IMG/VR virus record: IMGVR_UViG_2765236019_000001
Coordinates: 1-64,000 of that record
DNA from: a virus
Lineage: Duplodnaviria > Caudoviricetes
Length of the DNA: 64,000 nt
Strand: one strand, 5' to 3'
A model generated the notes under the pieces. It did no database searches and had not been told where the DNA came from. It saw only the letters and a program-made list of their open reading frames with translations. Shown here one piece after another: positions 7,832-15,642 of the stretch; the first letter of the stretch is position 1; each line of letters starts with the position of its first letter. Position numbers and translations under genes: made by a program.

Positions 7832-8082
7832 CAGTGCTCCTCGATGTGCTTGGGCCAGTGCCATGTGCCGCCAAGCTGGGCTTCTTCGTCCTGGGGGCAG
7901 CCGCTGTTGAAGTAGAGGCCGTTGGGGTTGAGGACGGCGAGGCTGATGCGGACGGGGCCTTCGGTGTCCTGGTGCTGGCTGGTTTCGGTGACGATGGCGG
8001 CGCGGCAGTGGGGCGGGTGCTGGCCGTCGGGGGTGCCGTGGGAGCGGTAGTGGACGATCCGTCCGAGTGTGGGCTGCTGCAT
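7831..8082 (-). CDS. Conserved small phage protein
   Basis: PTLGRIVHY...RAAIVT...GTWHWP pattern common in phages. SD AAGGA. Confidence 0.7.
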   Translation of the reverse strand: MQQPTLGRIVHYRSHGTPDGQHPPHCRAAIVTETSQHQDTEGPVRISLAVLNPNGLYFNSGCPQDEEAQLGGTWHWPKHIEEH

Positions 8083-8084
8083 GA

Positions 8085-8594
8085 CTATTCCTTGGGAGTG
8101 GTTTTGGCGCAGAGGTCGGCGCGTACCCGGTTCATCACGGGGCAGAAGTCGCAGAGGTAGCGGTCCTTGGCGCTGCGGTACTTGGGGAGTCCGGCCGCCT
8201 TGCGGTCGGCGTTGGTGCCGGGGGTGAGCATGACCCTCTTGCTGCGGAAGTCTCCGCAATCGAGGGTCCGGTTGTGCTTCTTCCAGCAGACCATGGCGTC
8301 TTCCTGGAAGGTGTTCTTGGTGGTGTAGAAGTCAACACCAAGTCCTTCGGAGGCTTCGCCGCCAATATGCTTGGTGATTTTCTTGACGACCTCGTCCTTG
8401 TAGTGCGGGTTCTGCCAGTGCTTTTTAGAGATGGACATAAGCTGGCCGACGTGGCGATTACCGTCCGGGTACACGTGCCGTGCCGTGAGGTTTTCCAGGA
8501 GGAAATCCTCACGAGAGTTCCCCTGGTAATCGGGGAGTTCTTCAATCGTCTTGCACTCCATGCACAGCAGGAGTCGTACCTTTTCTTCAGCCAC
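8085..8594 (-). CDS. Cys-rich hypothetical phage protein
   Basis: CxxC near both ends (CMEC, CDFC), downstream of a TAACGC-N18-TACGGT promoter. Confidence 0.75.
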   Translation of the reverse strand: MAEEKVRLLLCMECKTIEELPDYQGNSREDFLLENLTARHVYPDGNRHVGQLMSISKKHWQNPHYKDEVVKKITKHIGGEASEGLGVDFYTTKNTFQEDAMVCWKKHNRTLDCGDFRSKRVMLTPGTNADRKAAGLPKYRSAKDRYLCDFCPVMNRVRADLCAKTTPKE

Positions 8595-8630
8595 GGGGAG
8601 CCCTCTGGTCGGCGTCAGATTACGCCTGCC

Positions 8631-8660
8631 ACCGTACGTCCGCGTTCCCCGTCGGCGTTA
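8631..8660 (-). promoter_or_regulatory. TAACGC-N18-TACGGT promoter
   Basis: Same motif and spacing as the other sites. Confidence 0.6.
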
Positions 8661-8747
8661 ATCCCTTTCACTCCTTAATTAAGCGTCATTTCAATGGCGA
8701 TAAGGTCCGGGTCGACATCCCAACTCTTCGCCCTTACCGTCCTCTTC

Positions 8748-9209
8748 ATGCCACAAGAATTCACGCCGCAGTCCGCCGCGGAAATCATTGAGGAAATCAT
8801 CGAGGCAGCCTACGAGATCGCTGATGGCTGGTACCAAGAGGCGCCGATCGACTGGGATGACCTTCTCTATCGGTTGGATGGCACTGAACTCGCAGACGGA
8901 CGCGTGCTGTACATGCCGGAGGACATGCTGCATCCCGCGATCAAAGCTCTTCAGCGGGCGGTGCGTGCGTGCAGGAGGAGGCGCGCGGGTAGGCCGAGAG
9001 CTTCGTCACCGCAATCCGGCGGCGTAAGAACACTGGGGCCAAGCGCCAGGGCCCTGCCCGCGCAGGACGTTCTCTGCAATGCGGATCTGCTCGGCCCGGG
9101 TCTGTTGGTGCGGCATGCCGGAGCCGCCGTAGGCGCGCCAGGTGGCCAGGGAGAACTGAAGACCGCCGTAGTAGCCGTTGCCGGTGTTGATGTGCCAGTT
9201 GCCGCTTGA
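8748..9209 (+). CDS. Acidic hypothetical protein, probably leaderless, whose 3' part reads antisense into the rpf gene
   Basis: TACCGT ends 7 nt before the ATG. The first ~75 codons look protein-like, the rest looks like a shadow of the opposite strand. Confidence 0.45.
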   Translation: MPQEFTPQSAAEIIEEIIEAAYEIADGWYQEAPIDWDDLLYRLDGTELADGRVLYMPEDMLHPAIKALQRAVRACRRRRAGRPRASSPQSGGVRTLGPSARALPAQDVLCNADLLGPGLLVRHAGAAVGAPGGQGELKTAVVAVAGVDVPVAA

Positions 9210-9530
9210 CTCGCACTGGGCGAGCTTGTCCCACCGGATGATCGAGGTGGTCGGCGTCGGGGGGCGCTGGTGGACGCTGGGGGCGTTGAGGCGGAGCTGC
9301 TGGCCGGGGACGATGACGTCGGGGTCGCGGCCAATCGATTCCCGGTTAGCGTTGTAGAGGGCCTGCCACTTCGTTGATGAGCCCAGCTGTTGCTGCGCGA
9401 TCTGGCTGAGGGTGTCGCCGGGCCGGACGGTGTAGGTCTTGGTCGAAGCCGCGGTCGCAGTGCCGGTTGACAGTGCGATTGCTGTGGCGGTGATGGCGGG
9501 GACAATCGCTAGGGCGAGCTTGCGAGTCAT
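9006..9530 (-). CDS. Secreted LysM + resuscitation-promoting factor (Rpf) transglycosylase
   Basis: Signal peptide (ATA-A), LysM YTVRPGDTLSQIA, and Rpf signature WDKLAQCESSGNWHINTGNGYYGGLQF...QGPGAWPQC. Confidence 0.93.
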   Translation of the reverse strand: MTRKLALAIVPAITATAIALSTGTATAASTKTYTVRPGDTLSQIAQQQLGSSTKWQALYNANRESIGRDPDVIVPGQQLRLNAPSVHQRPPTPTTSIIRWDKLAQCESSGNWHINTGNGYYGGLQFSLATWRAYGGSGMPHQQTRAEQIRIAENVLRGQGPGAWPQCSYAAGLR

Positions 9531-9598
9531 TTCGGTACCCAACGTTGGGGATAGGGGCCGTCTCGGCTCTCCCGCGAGTTTCCGCCCGAGACCTTTCG

Positions 9599-9628
9599 AG
9601 AGTATGGAGGCGCCCCGACTAGGAGTTA
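9599..9628 (-). promoter_or_regulatory. TAACTC-N18-TACTCT promoter of rpf, inside a hairpin after the holin
   Basis: Motif match. Inverted repeat GCCCCGACTA/TAGTCGGGGC at 9612-9636. Confidence 0.6.
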
Positions 9629-9644
9629 GTCGGGGCCCCTGTTT

Positions 9645-9866
9645 TCAGTTCTCGTTGCGCGCGTCTACGAGGACGTGCTGCTTTGCGGTCACCTTCGTTC
9701 GGGATTCGAGTCCGACGATGAGGACGAGGAGGGTGTTGAGTCCTCCGATCACTGCCTCGTTGGCCTCGACGCCTGCAAGGGCCGGGACGAAATGCACGAG
9801 AGCGGTGAGCAGTCCTACTACGACGGTGCGGGTGAGGATGGGGTTGTTCTTGATGTATTCGATCAT
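9645..9866 (-). CDS. Holin (two transmembrane segments)
   Basis: Hydrophobic 73 aa, SD GGAGGAGG, ATGA overlap with the endolysin stop. Confidence 0.75.
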   Translation of the reverse strand: MIEYIKNNPILTRTVVVGLLTALVHFVPALAGVEANEAVIGGLNTLLVLIVGLESRTKVTAKQHVLVDARNEN

Positions 9867-11155
9867 CGCATGAGCCTCCTCCAGGTGACGGGGCCGACGT
9901 TTCCGTCTGCGTCGGTGCCGCGCCATCCTTGGTTTTCTTGGAATGCCTTGACCCCGGCTCGGGTTGTCTTTCCGTAATAGCTTGAGGGCCCGTAGGTGAG
10001 GTAATGGCCGTATCCGTGCCGGATGAGGGCCTGGTCGACCTGGAGGACTTGGGGGCCCTTCGTGCCGTAGCGGACGGCGGAGCGTCCCGGGTAGGTGCTG
10101 GCGCTGGTGGTGCCGATCAGCGCGCGCAGGGTGGCGGGGCCGGGGATGCCGTCGGCAGAGGCTCCTCGGTATCCGAGTGACCGCTGATAGGCGGCGTAGG
10201 CGCGGGTGTCTGCTGTGGTCCAGCGGGGGCCGGGGCCCACGGCGTAGTAGCTGCCCAGACCACGGCGTACGAGGGCCTGCCCGAGCGTGGTGATGTGGGT
10301 GCCGTAGGCGCCTGGTCCGTAGGCGAGTCCGTTGATGGTGACCTGGTAGGTGCCGAGCCCGGTGTTGTCGTGGGTGGGCGGCGGCTTGGGGTTGTCCGGC
10401 TGGCTGGGCCGCGCCCCTTGGGGCAGGTGCAGTTCCTGGCCGGGCAGGATGTGGCTGGGGTTCTTCACCTGCGGGTTGGCGCCGATGAGGCTGGCGAGGG
10501 AGACGCCTGCCGCGACCGCGATGGCCGCCATTGTCTGACCGGCTCGGACGATCCATGTGCGGTTGGTCGGCTTGCCGTGGCCTCCTCCCCCAGCTGCGTC
10601 GAAGAGCGCTGCTGTGTTGATCGCGCCCGGATCCCAGTGGTCGTTGCCTGGGACGTGGCAGTGCCCGTAATGGCCGCCGCGGTTGAGCCAGGTTGATCGG
10701 TTGCGGTTGTGGGCGGCAGCTGCCGTTGCGGCGGGAGGGCCCATGGGCCAGGTGTCGGGGACGTCCCAGGAACGGATGGCGGCCATCAGGGCGCGCCAAT
10801 TGGGCCCTGGGCGCCAGTAGTTGGTGAAGGGATTGCTGGCGCGGGCCAGTACCTCGATCTGAATGCAGACGGATCCGGTGCGGTTGGTGCGGCTGGAGTC
10901 GTCGTTCTTCAGAGCGCGGGCGCTTTCATCCAGCGGCCCGTACTGTCCGATGCGGTCGGTGGTGGGGTCGTACAGGATGTGGGGTTCGGCGTTGATGTTG
11001 GAGAGGTAGGCGGCGACGTCGTCGAACGCTGCGCTGCCTGCGCCGGATTCTGTGGTGTGCCAGACGACGCGGGGCGGGAGGCTGGGGGTGTCCATGGCAC
11101 CACCGATTCGGCCGCTGCCAATCCGCTCGGCGCCGGGTATCCATCGTGTGCCCAT
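9863..11155 (-). CDS. Endolysin: N-acetylmuramoyl-L-alanine amidase + LysM + two peptidoglycan-binding domains
   Basis: VVWHTTE, IQIE and GHCHVPGNDHWDPG amidase motifs, LysM WIVRAGQTM, ADGIPGPAT and ADGNVGPVTW. SD AAGGAG. Confidence 0.92.
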   Translation of the reverse strand: MGTRWIPGAERIGSGRIGGAMDTPSLPPRVVWHTTESGAGSAAFDDVAAYLSNINAEPHILYDPTTDRIGQYGPLDESARALKNDDSSRTNRTGSVCIQIEVLARASNPFTNYWRPGPNWRALMAAIRSWDVPDTWPMGPPAATAAAAHNRNRSTWLNRGGHYGHCHVPGNDHWDPGAINTAALFDAAGGGGHGKPTNRTWIVRAGQTMAAIAVAAGVSLASLIGANPQVKNPSHILPGQELHLPQGARPSQPDNPKPPPTHDNTGLGTYQVTINGLAYGPGAYGTHITTLGQALVRRGLGSYYAVGPGPRWTTADTRAYAAYQRSLGYRGASADGIPGPATLRALIGTTSASTYPGRSAVRYGTKGPQVLQVDQALIRHGYGHYLTYGPSSYYGKTTRAGVKAFQENQGWRGTDADGNVGPVTWRRLMR

Positions 11156-11171
11156 GGGGCTCCTTGGGGTC

Positions 11172-11399
11172 TTACGCGTACTGGTGGGATCTCTGCGGGT
11201 AGCGGCAGGTGCGGGCGGCTGCGGCATCCTCGTCCAGGCCGAGGGATCCGAACGTGCGCGGTTCGAGAGTGTCGGATCGGGACTCGTTGGTGAGGCGCTC
11301 GACGTAGCCGCCTCGGTTGGGGGCGGCCTTGCGGATCGTGCCGTCGCAGGCGCCGTAGCCAAGTTCGGTGGTGAGGGGGGCTCGGGGGATGTATGCCAT
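11172..11399 (-). CDS. Small hypothetical late protein
   Basis: Translationally coupled member of a small-gene run. Confidence 0.6.
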   Translation of the reverse strand: MAYIPRAPLTTELGYGACDGTIRKAAPNRGGYVERLTNESRSDTLEPRTFGSLGLDEDAAAARTCRYPQRSHQYA

Positions 11400-11593
11400 C
11401 AGCTCTCGATCTTCCTGCGGGGCACGGGGGCGGTCAGGCGCTTGGTGGATCCCAGGAGTGAGCGGTCGTTGAAAACGTTCGCCAGGCGTGACTGGGCCAG
11501 GAGGCGCTCGTCGATGGTGACCTTGACGTTGTCGCCCCGGCCGCTTCGTCTGCGGTCGAACATGCTCATGGGCTGGCGTGGCTTATCCGGCAT
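11399..11593 (-). CDS. Small basic hypothetical protein
   Basis: SD AAGGGAG, coupled. Confidence 0.6.
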   Translation of the reverse strand: MPDKPRQPMSMFDRRRSGRGDNVKVTIDERLLAQSRLANVFNDRSLLGSTKRLTAPVPRRKIES

Positions 11594-11801
11594 GGCTGTG
11601 CTCCCTTTGCGGTGGCGGATACACGGAGTCGACGTTGAGGGCGTCGGCCAGTGTGGGTGCGAACCAGCGCTTGCCGTGGGTGCCGTACACAGGCTTCGGT
11701 GGGTTCCAGGTGCCCTGTGCGACGGGTCGGGTCAGCGCGGCGAGGGTGTCGTCGACCTGCTGCTCACGGCTGGTCGACCAGGGGCGGGGGGCGTATTCCA
11801 C
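11583..11801 (-). CDS. Small hypothetical protein
   Basis: SD GGAGGT before the GTG. Confidence 0.6.
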   Translation of the reverse strand: MEYAPRPWSTSREQQVDDTLAALTRPVAQGTWNPPKPVYGTHGKRWFAPTLADALNVDSVYPPPQREHSHAG

Positions 11802-11804
11802 GGG

Positions 11805-12272
11805 CTACCTCCAGGCCGGGAGCAGGGATCGCAGGTCGGTGCGGGGTTGGTCTTCGGTGCCGGGTGTCTTGGTGGGGTTGCGCAGGGGTGTGCCTTCGGG
11901 GTTGCCGGTGGCGGTCCATCGGCGTCCGCGGAGTTGGTGTTCGATCCCGGTCATGGGGTGGAAGTCGGCGGGCCACTGGTAGTCGGCGGCGCTGAGTCGG
12001 GTGCCTTTGTGGATGCCCCTGGTGGTGGGCCGGTTGTTGTTGCGTTGTGCGGTCCGTGCGCCGGAGTTGGCCAGCCGGTCGGCGCGGCGTGAGGTGACGG
12101 TGCCGAGATAGCCGTCGGGGTATTCGGCCTGTCCCAGGCGGGGTGCGGAGAGGTTCCTTCGTGCCTGGGAGATGGTCTGGGCGCCGGTGAGGTGGGTGCT
12201 GCCTCCACCGCCCACAACTGCGCTGCCTGCGCCGGGGAGTTGGTAGGGGGCGGAGTAGTACAGGTCGCTCAC
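11805..12272 (-). CDS. Conserved hypothetical phage protein
   Basis: AEYPDGYLGTVTSRRADRL motif, ends LLPAWR. GTGA overlap. Confidence 0.7.
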   Translation of the reverse strand: MSDLYYSAPYQLPGAGSAVVGGGGSTHLTGAQTISQARRNLSAPRLGQAEYPDGYLGTVTSRRADRLANSGARTAQRNNNRPTTRGIHKGTRLSAADYQWPADFHPMTGIEHQLRGRRWTATGNPEGTPLRNPTKTPGTEDQPRTDLRSLLPAWR

Positions 12273-12598
12273 GTCGCGCGCACCTGGCTGTTGCGGACGG
12301 GGTTGGACCCGGCGTAGCGGGTGACGGTGTCCATGCCGGTCTGCTGGCTCTGGCGGCTCTTGACGACCTGGTCCGGGGTGATGCCGCGGGTGCGTGCCTC
12401 GTTCTGGATTTCGTTGATGCGTGCCAGGACGCCGGAGCGGTACTGGGTGTCGGCTCCTGCGAGGCCGCCGATGATGTTGGCTGCCATGGAGGTGCGTTCC
12501 ATGGGCTGGGTGCCGGTGGCCATGTTGGACAGCTCGCGGCCGACCTTGCCGAACTGGGCGCCGTTAAGGACGCCGGAGCTGAAGTCTCCGAGGGCCAT
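12269..12598 (-). CDS. Hypothetical protein
   Basis: SD AGGAG, tight packing. Confidence 0.65.
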   Translation of the reverse strand: MALGDFSSGVLNGAQFGKVGRELSNMATGTQPMERTSMAANIIGGLAGADTQYRSGVLARINEIQNEARTRGITPDQVVKSRQSQQTGMDTVTRYAGSNPVRNSQVRAT

Positions 12599-12606
12599 GG
12601 CGGCTC

Positions 12607-12798
12607 CTAGCGTGTGTAGACGGGGTTGGATTCCGTCGGCGGGTTCGGGGGGTCGGTTTGGCTGTGGGCGAGGGCTGTTCCGAACTGGGCGGCGCTGAGG
12701 AGGCGGGCTGCGGCGCCCGTTGATTCGGTGGCGGTGGCCCGGCCCAGGGTGGGCAGGGCGGTGCGGGCGGCGGCCAGGAGGAGGGGGAGCACGGTCAC
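12607..12798 (-). CDS. Small hypothetical protein
   Basis: GTGA overlap with the upstream gene. Confidence 0.5.
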   Translation of the reverse strand: MTVLPLLLAAARTALPTLGRATATESTGAAARLLSAAQFGTALAHSQTDPPNPPTESNPVYTR

Positions 12799-13091
12799 CT
12801 CCCGCTGGTGTCGAAGCAGAACTTGGTGGGAATGTGGGTGACTGCGCGGCCGGTTGCGCCTGCGACGGGGACGTTGGAGACGTGCCGGTCGGCCTTGATG
12901 GGGCCCGGTCCGGTGCGGTCGAGTTTGCGGCTGCGGATGCCGGTGGCGGGCTCGGGGTAGGGGCTGCCGCCTTTGGCGTTGCCGTTCTTCTTCACGGGCG
13001 TACCGCCCTGGGGCTGGACGTAGGTGCTCGCCAGGGCCATGGACTTACCCATGGTGGGGAACTGCCCGGATGAAATGATGTGCTCGCTCAC
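12795..13091 (-). CDS. Basic hypothetical protein
   Basis: SD AGGAGG before GTG 13091. First gene after the TACCAC-N18-TACTCT promoter. Confidence 0.65.
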   Translation of the reverse strand: MSEHIISSGQFPTMGKSMALASTYVQPQGGTPVKKNGNAKGGSPYPEPATGIRSRKLDRTGPGPIKADRHVSNVPVAGATGRAVTHIPTKFCFDTSGR

Positions 13092-13137
13092 GATGGCCTC
13101 CTGCGCCCTCAAGCAGCCGCTTTCCTATTCGCTTTCG

Positions 13138-13167
13138 AGAGTAGGTAGGAGGGTTCTTTTTGTGGTA
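13138..13167 (-). promoter_or_regulatory. TACCAC-N18-TACTCT promoter (variant of the motif)
   Basis: Shares the exact 12-mer TACTCTCGAAAG with the rpf promoter. Confidence 0.55.
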
Positions 13168-13171
13168 ACGG

Positions 13172-13200
13172 GAAGGCCCCCGCTGTCAGCGGGGGCCTTC
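13172..13200 (-). terminator. Terminator hairpin after the replication/recombination operon
   Basis: GAAGGCCCCCGCTG/CAGCGGGGGCCTTC directly after the ruvC stop. Confidence 0.7.
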
Positions 13201-13201
13201 T

Positions 13202-13774
13202 TCACGCCACCTGCTGCAATGGCGAAGCTCCTGTGGGTTTGAGGTGCTGCACTGCTGCTATCTCTTGCGGGGTTCCTCTGCCGGTGTAGACGGCGGAGGC
13301 AACGCGTGCCAGGGCGTAGGCGTCGGCGAGGTTGTCGTCGCGGAAAATGGCGCCGTATCTGTGGGAGACGGTGGCGATCATTTCCTGCTTCGTGGCATTT
13401 CCCTTTCCCGTGACGAACTTCTTGAGGGTGGTTGGGGGAACGACAAGAGGTCGCCGCCAGGGCTGCACGCCAGCAATCTCGGAGATGGCCAGCTTGACGG
13501 TCGCACCGAGTTCTCCGAGGGCCTCGCGCTGGTATTTCGATCCGTGAGAGTAGCCCTCCAGGGCGACTGCGGAGACTCCTCCGAAAGCGCAGCAGACGCC
13601 GGACAGCATCATTTGCACATCACGGAATATTCTGGCGAGCCGGTCGGACTGGGAGGCAAAATTCTTCGCTTCCCATCTGCTGGTCTTGGTCTGGTAAATC
13701 TCGCTGGGATGGCAGTAGATGGCCAGGGCGAAACCAGAGTAAGACTGATCGATCCCGATGAACGGATACGTCAC
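13202..13774 (-). CDS. ruvC: RuvC-like Holliday junction resolvase
   Basis: IGIDQS, VALEGY, LKKFVTGKGNATK and DDNLADAYALA. TAGTG overlap start. Confidence 0.88.
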   Translation of the reverse strand: MTYPFIGIDQSYSGFALAIYCHPSEIYQTKTSRWEAKNFASQSDRLARIFRDVQMMLSGVCCAFGGVSAVALEGYSHGSKYQREALGELGATVKLAISEIAGVQPWRRPLVVPPTTLKKFVTGKGNATKQEMIATVSHRYGAIFRDDNLADAYALARVASAVYTGRGTPQEIAAVQHLKPTGASPLQQVA

Positions 13775-13998
13775 TAAACCTTCTCCCACTGGATGGCCGC
13801 ACGCTCCAGGTGATGGTCGTAGGACACTTCTTCTGGACCCTCGTAGGGCCGGTCGCGGTAGAGCATGGAAAGCACCCACTGCGCCGAGGCAAGGCTCGCG
13901 TACGGCCCATACCGGAGACGGCGCTGTGTTCCGCACTTGTAGGTGATGCGGCGCACGACGCAGTAGACCTCCGAGGAATCTGTGCGAATGCGTCTCAT
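13774..13998 (-). CDS. Hypothetical protein
   Basis: ATGA-coupled start, stop overlapping the ruvC start. Confidence 0.55.
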   Translation of the reverse strand: MRRIRTDSSEVYCVVRRITYKCGTQRRLRYGPYASLASAQWVLSMLYRDRPYEGPEEVSYDHHLERAAIQWEKV

Positions 13999-14438
13999 GC
14001 GGCCAGGTCCCCGTTCAGAACGGCACCGGGGATGTAGGGCGACCTGCGTGTGGTATGGGCACTGCACTTCAGGCAGACCAGAACGATGTGGGCCCTGGGG
14101 GTGCCTGGCGCGGCCACGGTGGTGGGCTGCCAGTTGTGGCGTGCCAGGTCTATGCAGGTGTTAGGGAGTCGGCGCAGGGCTGCTGACGGGGACCTGAGCA
14201 GGACGTAGCAGTCGGAGGTGAAGCGGGTCCGGAGAATGCGGGATGTGCGGCCTCTTTGGTCCAAGTGTGTGGAGCCGGAGTCGACGCGCCGCTGCGTTCG
14301 GTCGCTATTGGTGAGGACGACGACCTCCACGCGGTTCGGGTGGACCTCTTCGACGCGTACGGTTCGGCCGCGACGACGGCTGTCGGCGTCGGCCCAGACC
14401 TGGCCGGGTGCCACCAGGGATCGGCCCAGCTTGCTCAT
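13995..14438 (-). CDS. Hypothetical protein (SH3-like N-terminus, C-terminal CxxC)
   Basis: VAPGQVWADADSRRRGRTVRVEEV. Coupled. Confidence 0.6.
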   Translation of the reverse strand: MSKLGRSLVAPGQVWADADSRRRGRTVRVEEVHPNRVEVVVLTNSDRTQRRVDSGSTHLDQRGRTSRILRTRFTSDCYVLLRSPSAALRRLPNTCIDLARHNWQPTTVAAPGTPRAHIVLVCLKCSAHTTRRSPYIPGAVLNGDLAA

Positions 14439-14588
14439 CTAAACGCCCTTCCAGTGCAGTTCGGTGTCCATGTCGGGCTCCAGGCGGCAGGCTGTGCACA
14501 GGGCCTCACCGTCGATGTACTGGCGTTCTTCGTCGGCGTCGATCTCGTAGCCGCAGGCGCAGACAGTGGCGCTGAGGTGAGTGATCAC
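14439..14588 (-). CDS. 49-aa zinc-finger protein
   Basis: MITHLSATVCACGYEIDADEERQYIDGEALCTACRLE..., GTGA overlap, fills the gap exactly. Confidence 0.6.
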   Translation of the reverse strand: MITHLSATVCACGYEIDADEERQYIDGEALCTACRLEPDMDTELHWKGV

Positions 14589-14932
14589 TGCTTCTCCCAC
14601 TGCTCCAGGAGGCGGTCGTAGGCCGACTTGGAGCAGATGGCGTCAGCGCGCGCGGCGTCTCGCTCTGCTTGGGCCGCCTTCAGCTCCGCGCGCAGCCGGT
14701 CCATCTCCGCTGTGGCGTCTTCGAGCTGCCGCTTCCACATGGCAACGTCGGTGACCTGTACGGCCGCCCGCAGGCGCTTCAGGTCGCCTTCGTCCAGGAC
14801 GAGGGACAGCGCGAGGCTGGTGTCCTTGCACGCCAGGGCACGGTTTTGTACGACGCTCCCGGAGGCCGTGGTGGCGTCGACCATGAGGTGGTGCCGAGTG
14901 CCGAGGGTGCTGAGGCGGAATCGTGTGGGCAT
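14585..14932 (-). CDS. Coiled-coil hypothetical protein
   Basis: SD GGGAG, heptad-rich C-terminus. Confidence 0.6.
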   Translation of the reverse strand: MPTRFRLSTLGTRHHLMVDATTASGSVVQNRALACKDTSLALSLVLDEGDLKRLRAAVQVTDVAMWKRQLEDATAEMDRLRAELKAAQAERDAARADAICSKSAYDRLLEQWEKQ

Positions 14933-14949
14933 TGTCTTGCTCCCGGTGG

Positions 14950-15114
14950 TCAGTTGGAGATGGGCCGGTAGTTCTTGGTGAGGTTTTCGGGACGGATGGA
15001 TACGGCGGTCCGGCGGCCGGTGCCCAGGTTGTAGACGAAAGCGGATCGGAGCGCTGAGTTCGTCTTCGAGCTGCGGAGGACGGCGAGCTTCTGGAGGTCC
15101 TTGTGGAGATACAT
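14950..15114 (-). CDS. 54-aa hypothetical protein
   Basis: MYLHKDLQKLAVLRSSK... fills the intergenic gap. Confidence 0.45.
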   Translation of the reverse strand: MYLHKDLQKLAVLRSSKTNSALRSAFVYNLGTGRRTAVSIRPENLTKNYRPISN

Positions 15115-15141
15115 CTGTCCGTTGTTCACCGGCGTTTCCTT

Positions 15142-15642
15142 TCACGAGGACCAGCGCTGTGCGCGAGTCTCCCGGTCGTTGCGTCCGACGCGTCGGGTGA
15201 GTTCGCGAGAGACGACCGCGGCTTTGGCGTTGAGTCCGTTGTAGATGGATTCGAGGAGCTTGCGGGTGGCATAGGCGGTGTTGTAGGCGTCCATGAACTG
15301 GTGGACTTGCGGGTCTGCTGCTGCTGCGGCCTTCTGTGCGGTCACGGACTTCTCGCTTTTTGCTTTGACTGCCGCCAGGGCTCGGTAGCGTTCGAGGTTG
15401 GTCTCAGCTTGCTTCTCGTCGACTGCGGCTTGGGCGAGCCGAGTTCCGGCGAACTCGCTCCAGTTGGTCAGTTCCACGAAGGTCTGCATCAGGGCGTCGT
15501 CGGGAAGTTCCGTCAGGTCCGGCGGTAGCTCGGGGGCGTCCTCGCCGGGGCGCTGAGGGAGCTTCAGGCCCTTCACTCGAAGGCGCCGCACTGTCCGCTG
15601 TGCCAGAGTTGGCTCCGCGCTGTCGTCCGGGAACGCCTTCAT
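15142..15642 (-). CDS. Helical conserved phage protein (possible recombination accessory)
   Basis: SD GAGGAG before ATG 15642, ends VVSRELTRR. Confidence 0.7.
   Translation of the reverse strand: MKAFPDDSAEPTLAQRTVRRLRVKGLKLPQRPGEDAPELPPDLTELPDDALMQTFVELTNWSEFAGTRLAQAAVDEKQAETNLERYRALAAVKAKSEKSVTAQKAAAAADPQVHQFMDAYNTAYATRKLLESIYNGLNAKAAVVSRELTRRVGRNDRETRAQRWSS

Noticed and set aside
9531-9600. c-di-AMP (ydaO) riboswitch upstream of rpf, as for Streptomyces rpfA
   Set aside because: The leader is only ~60 nt and lacks the conserved ydaO segments. Only a simple GTCTCGG/CCGAGAC stem is present.
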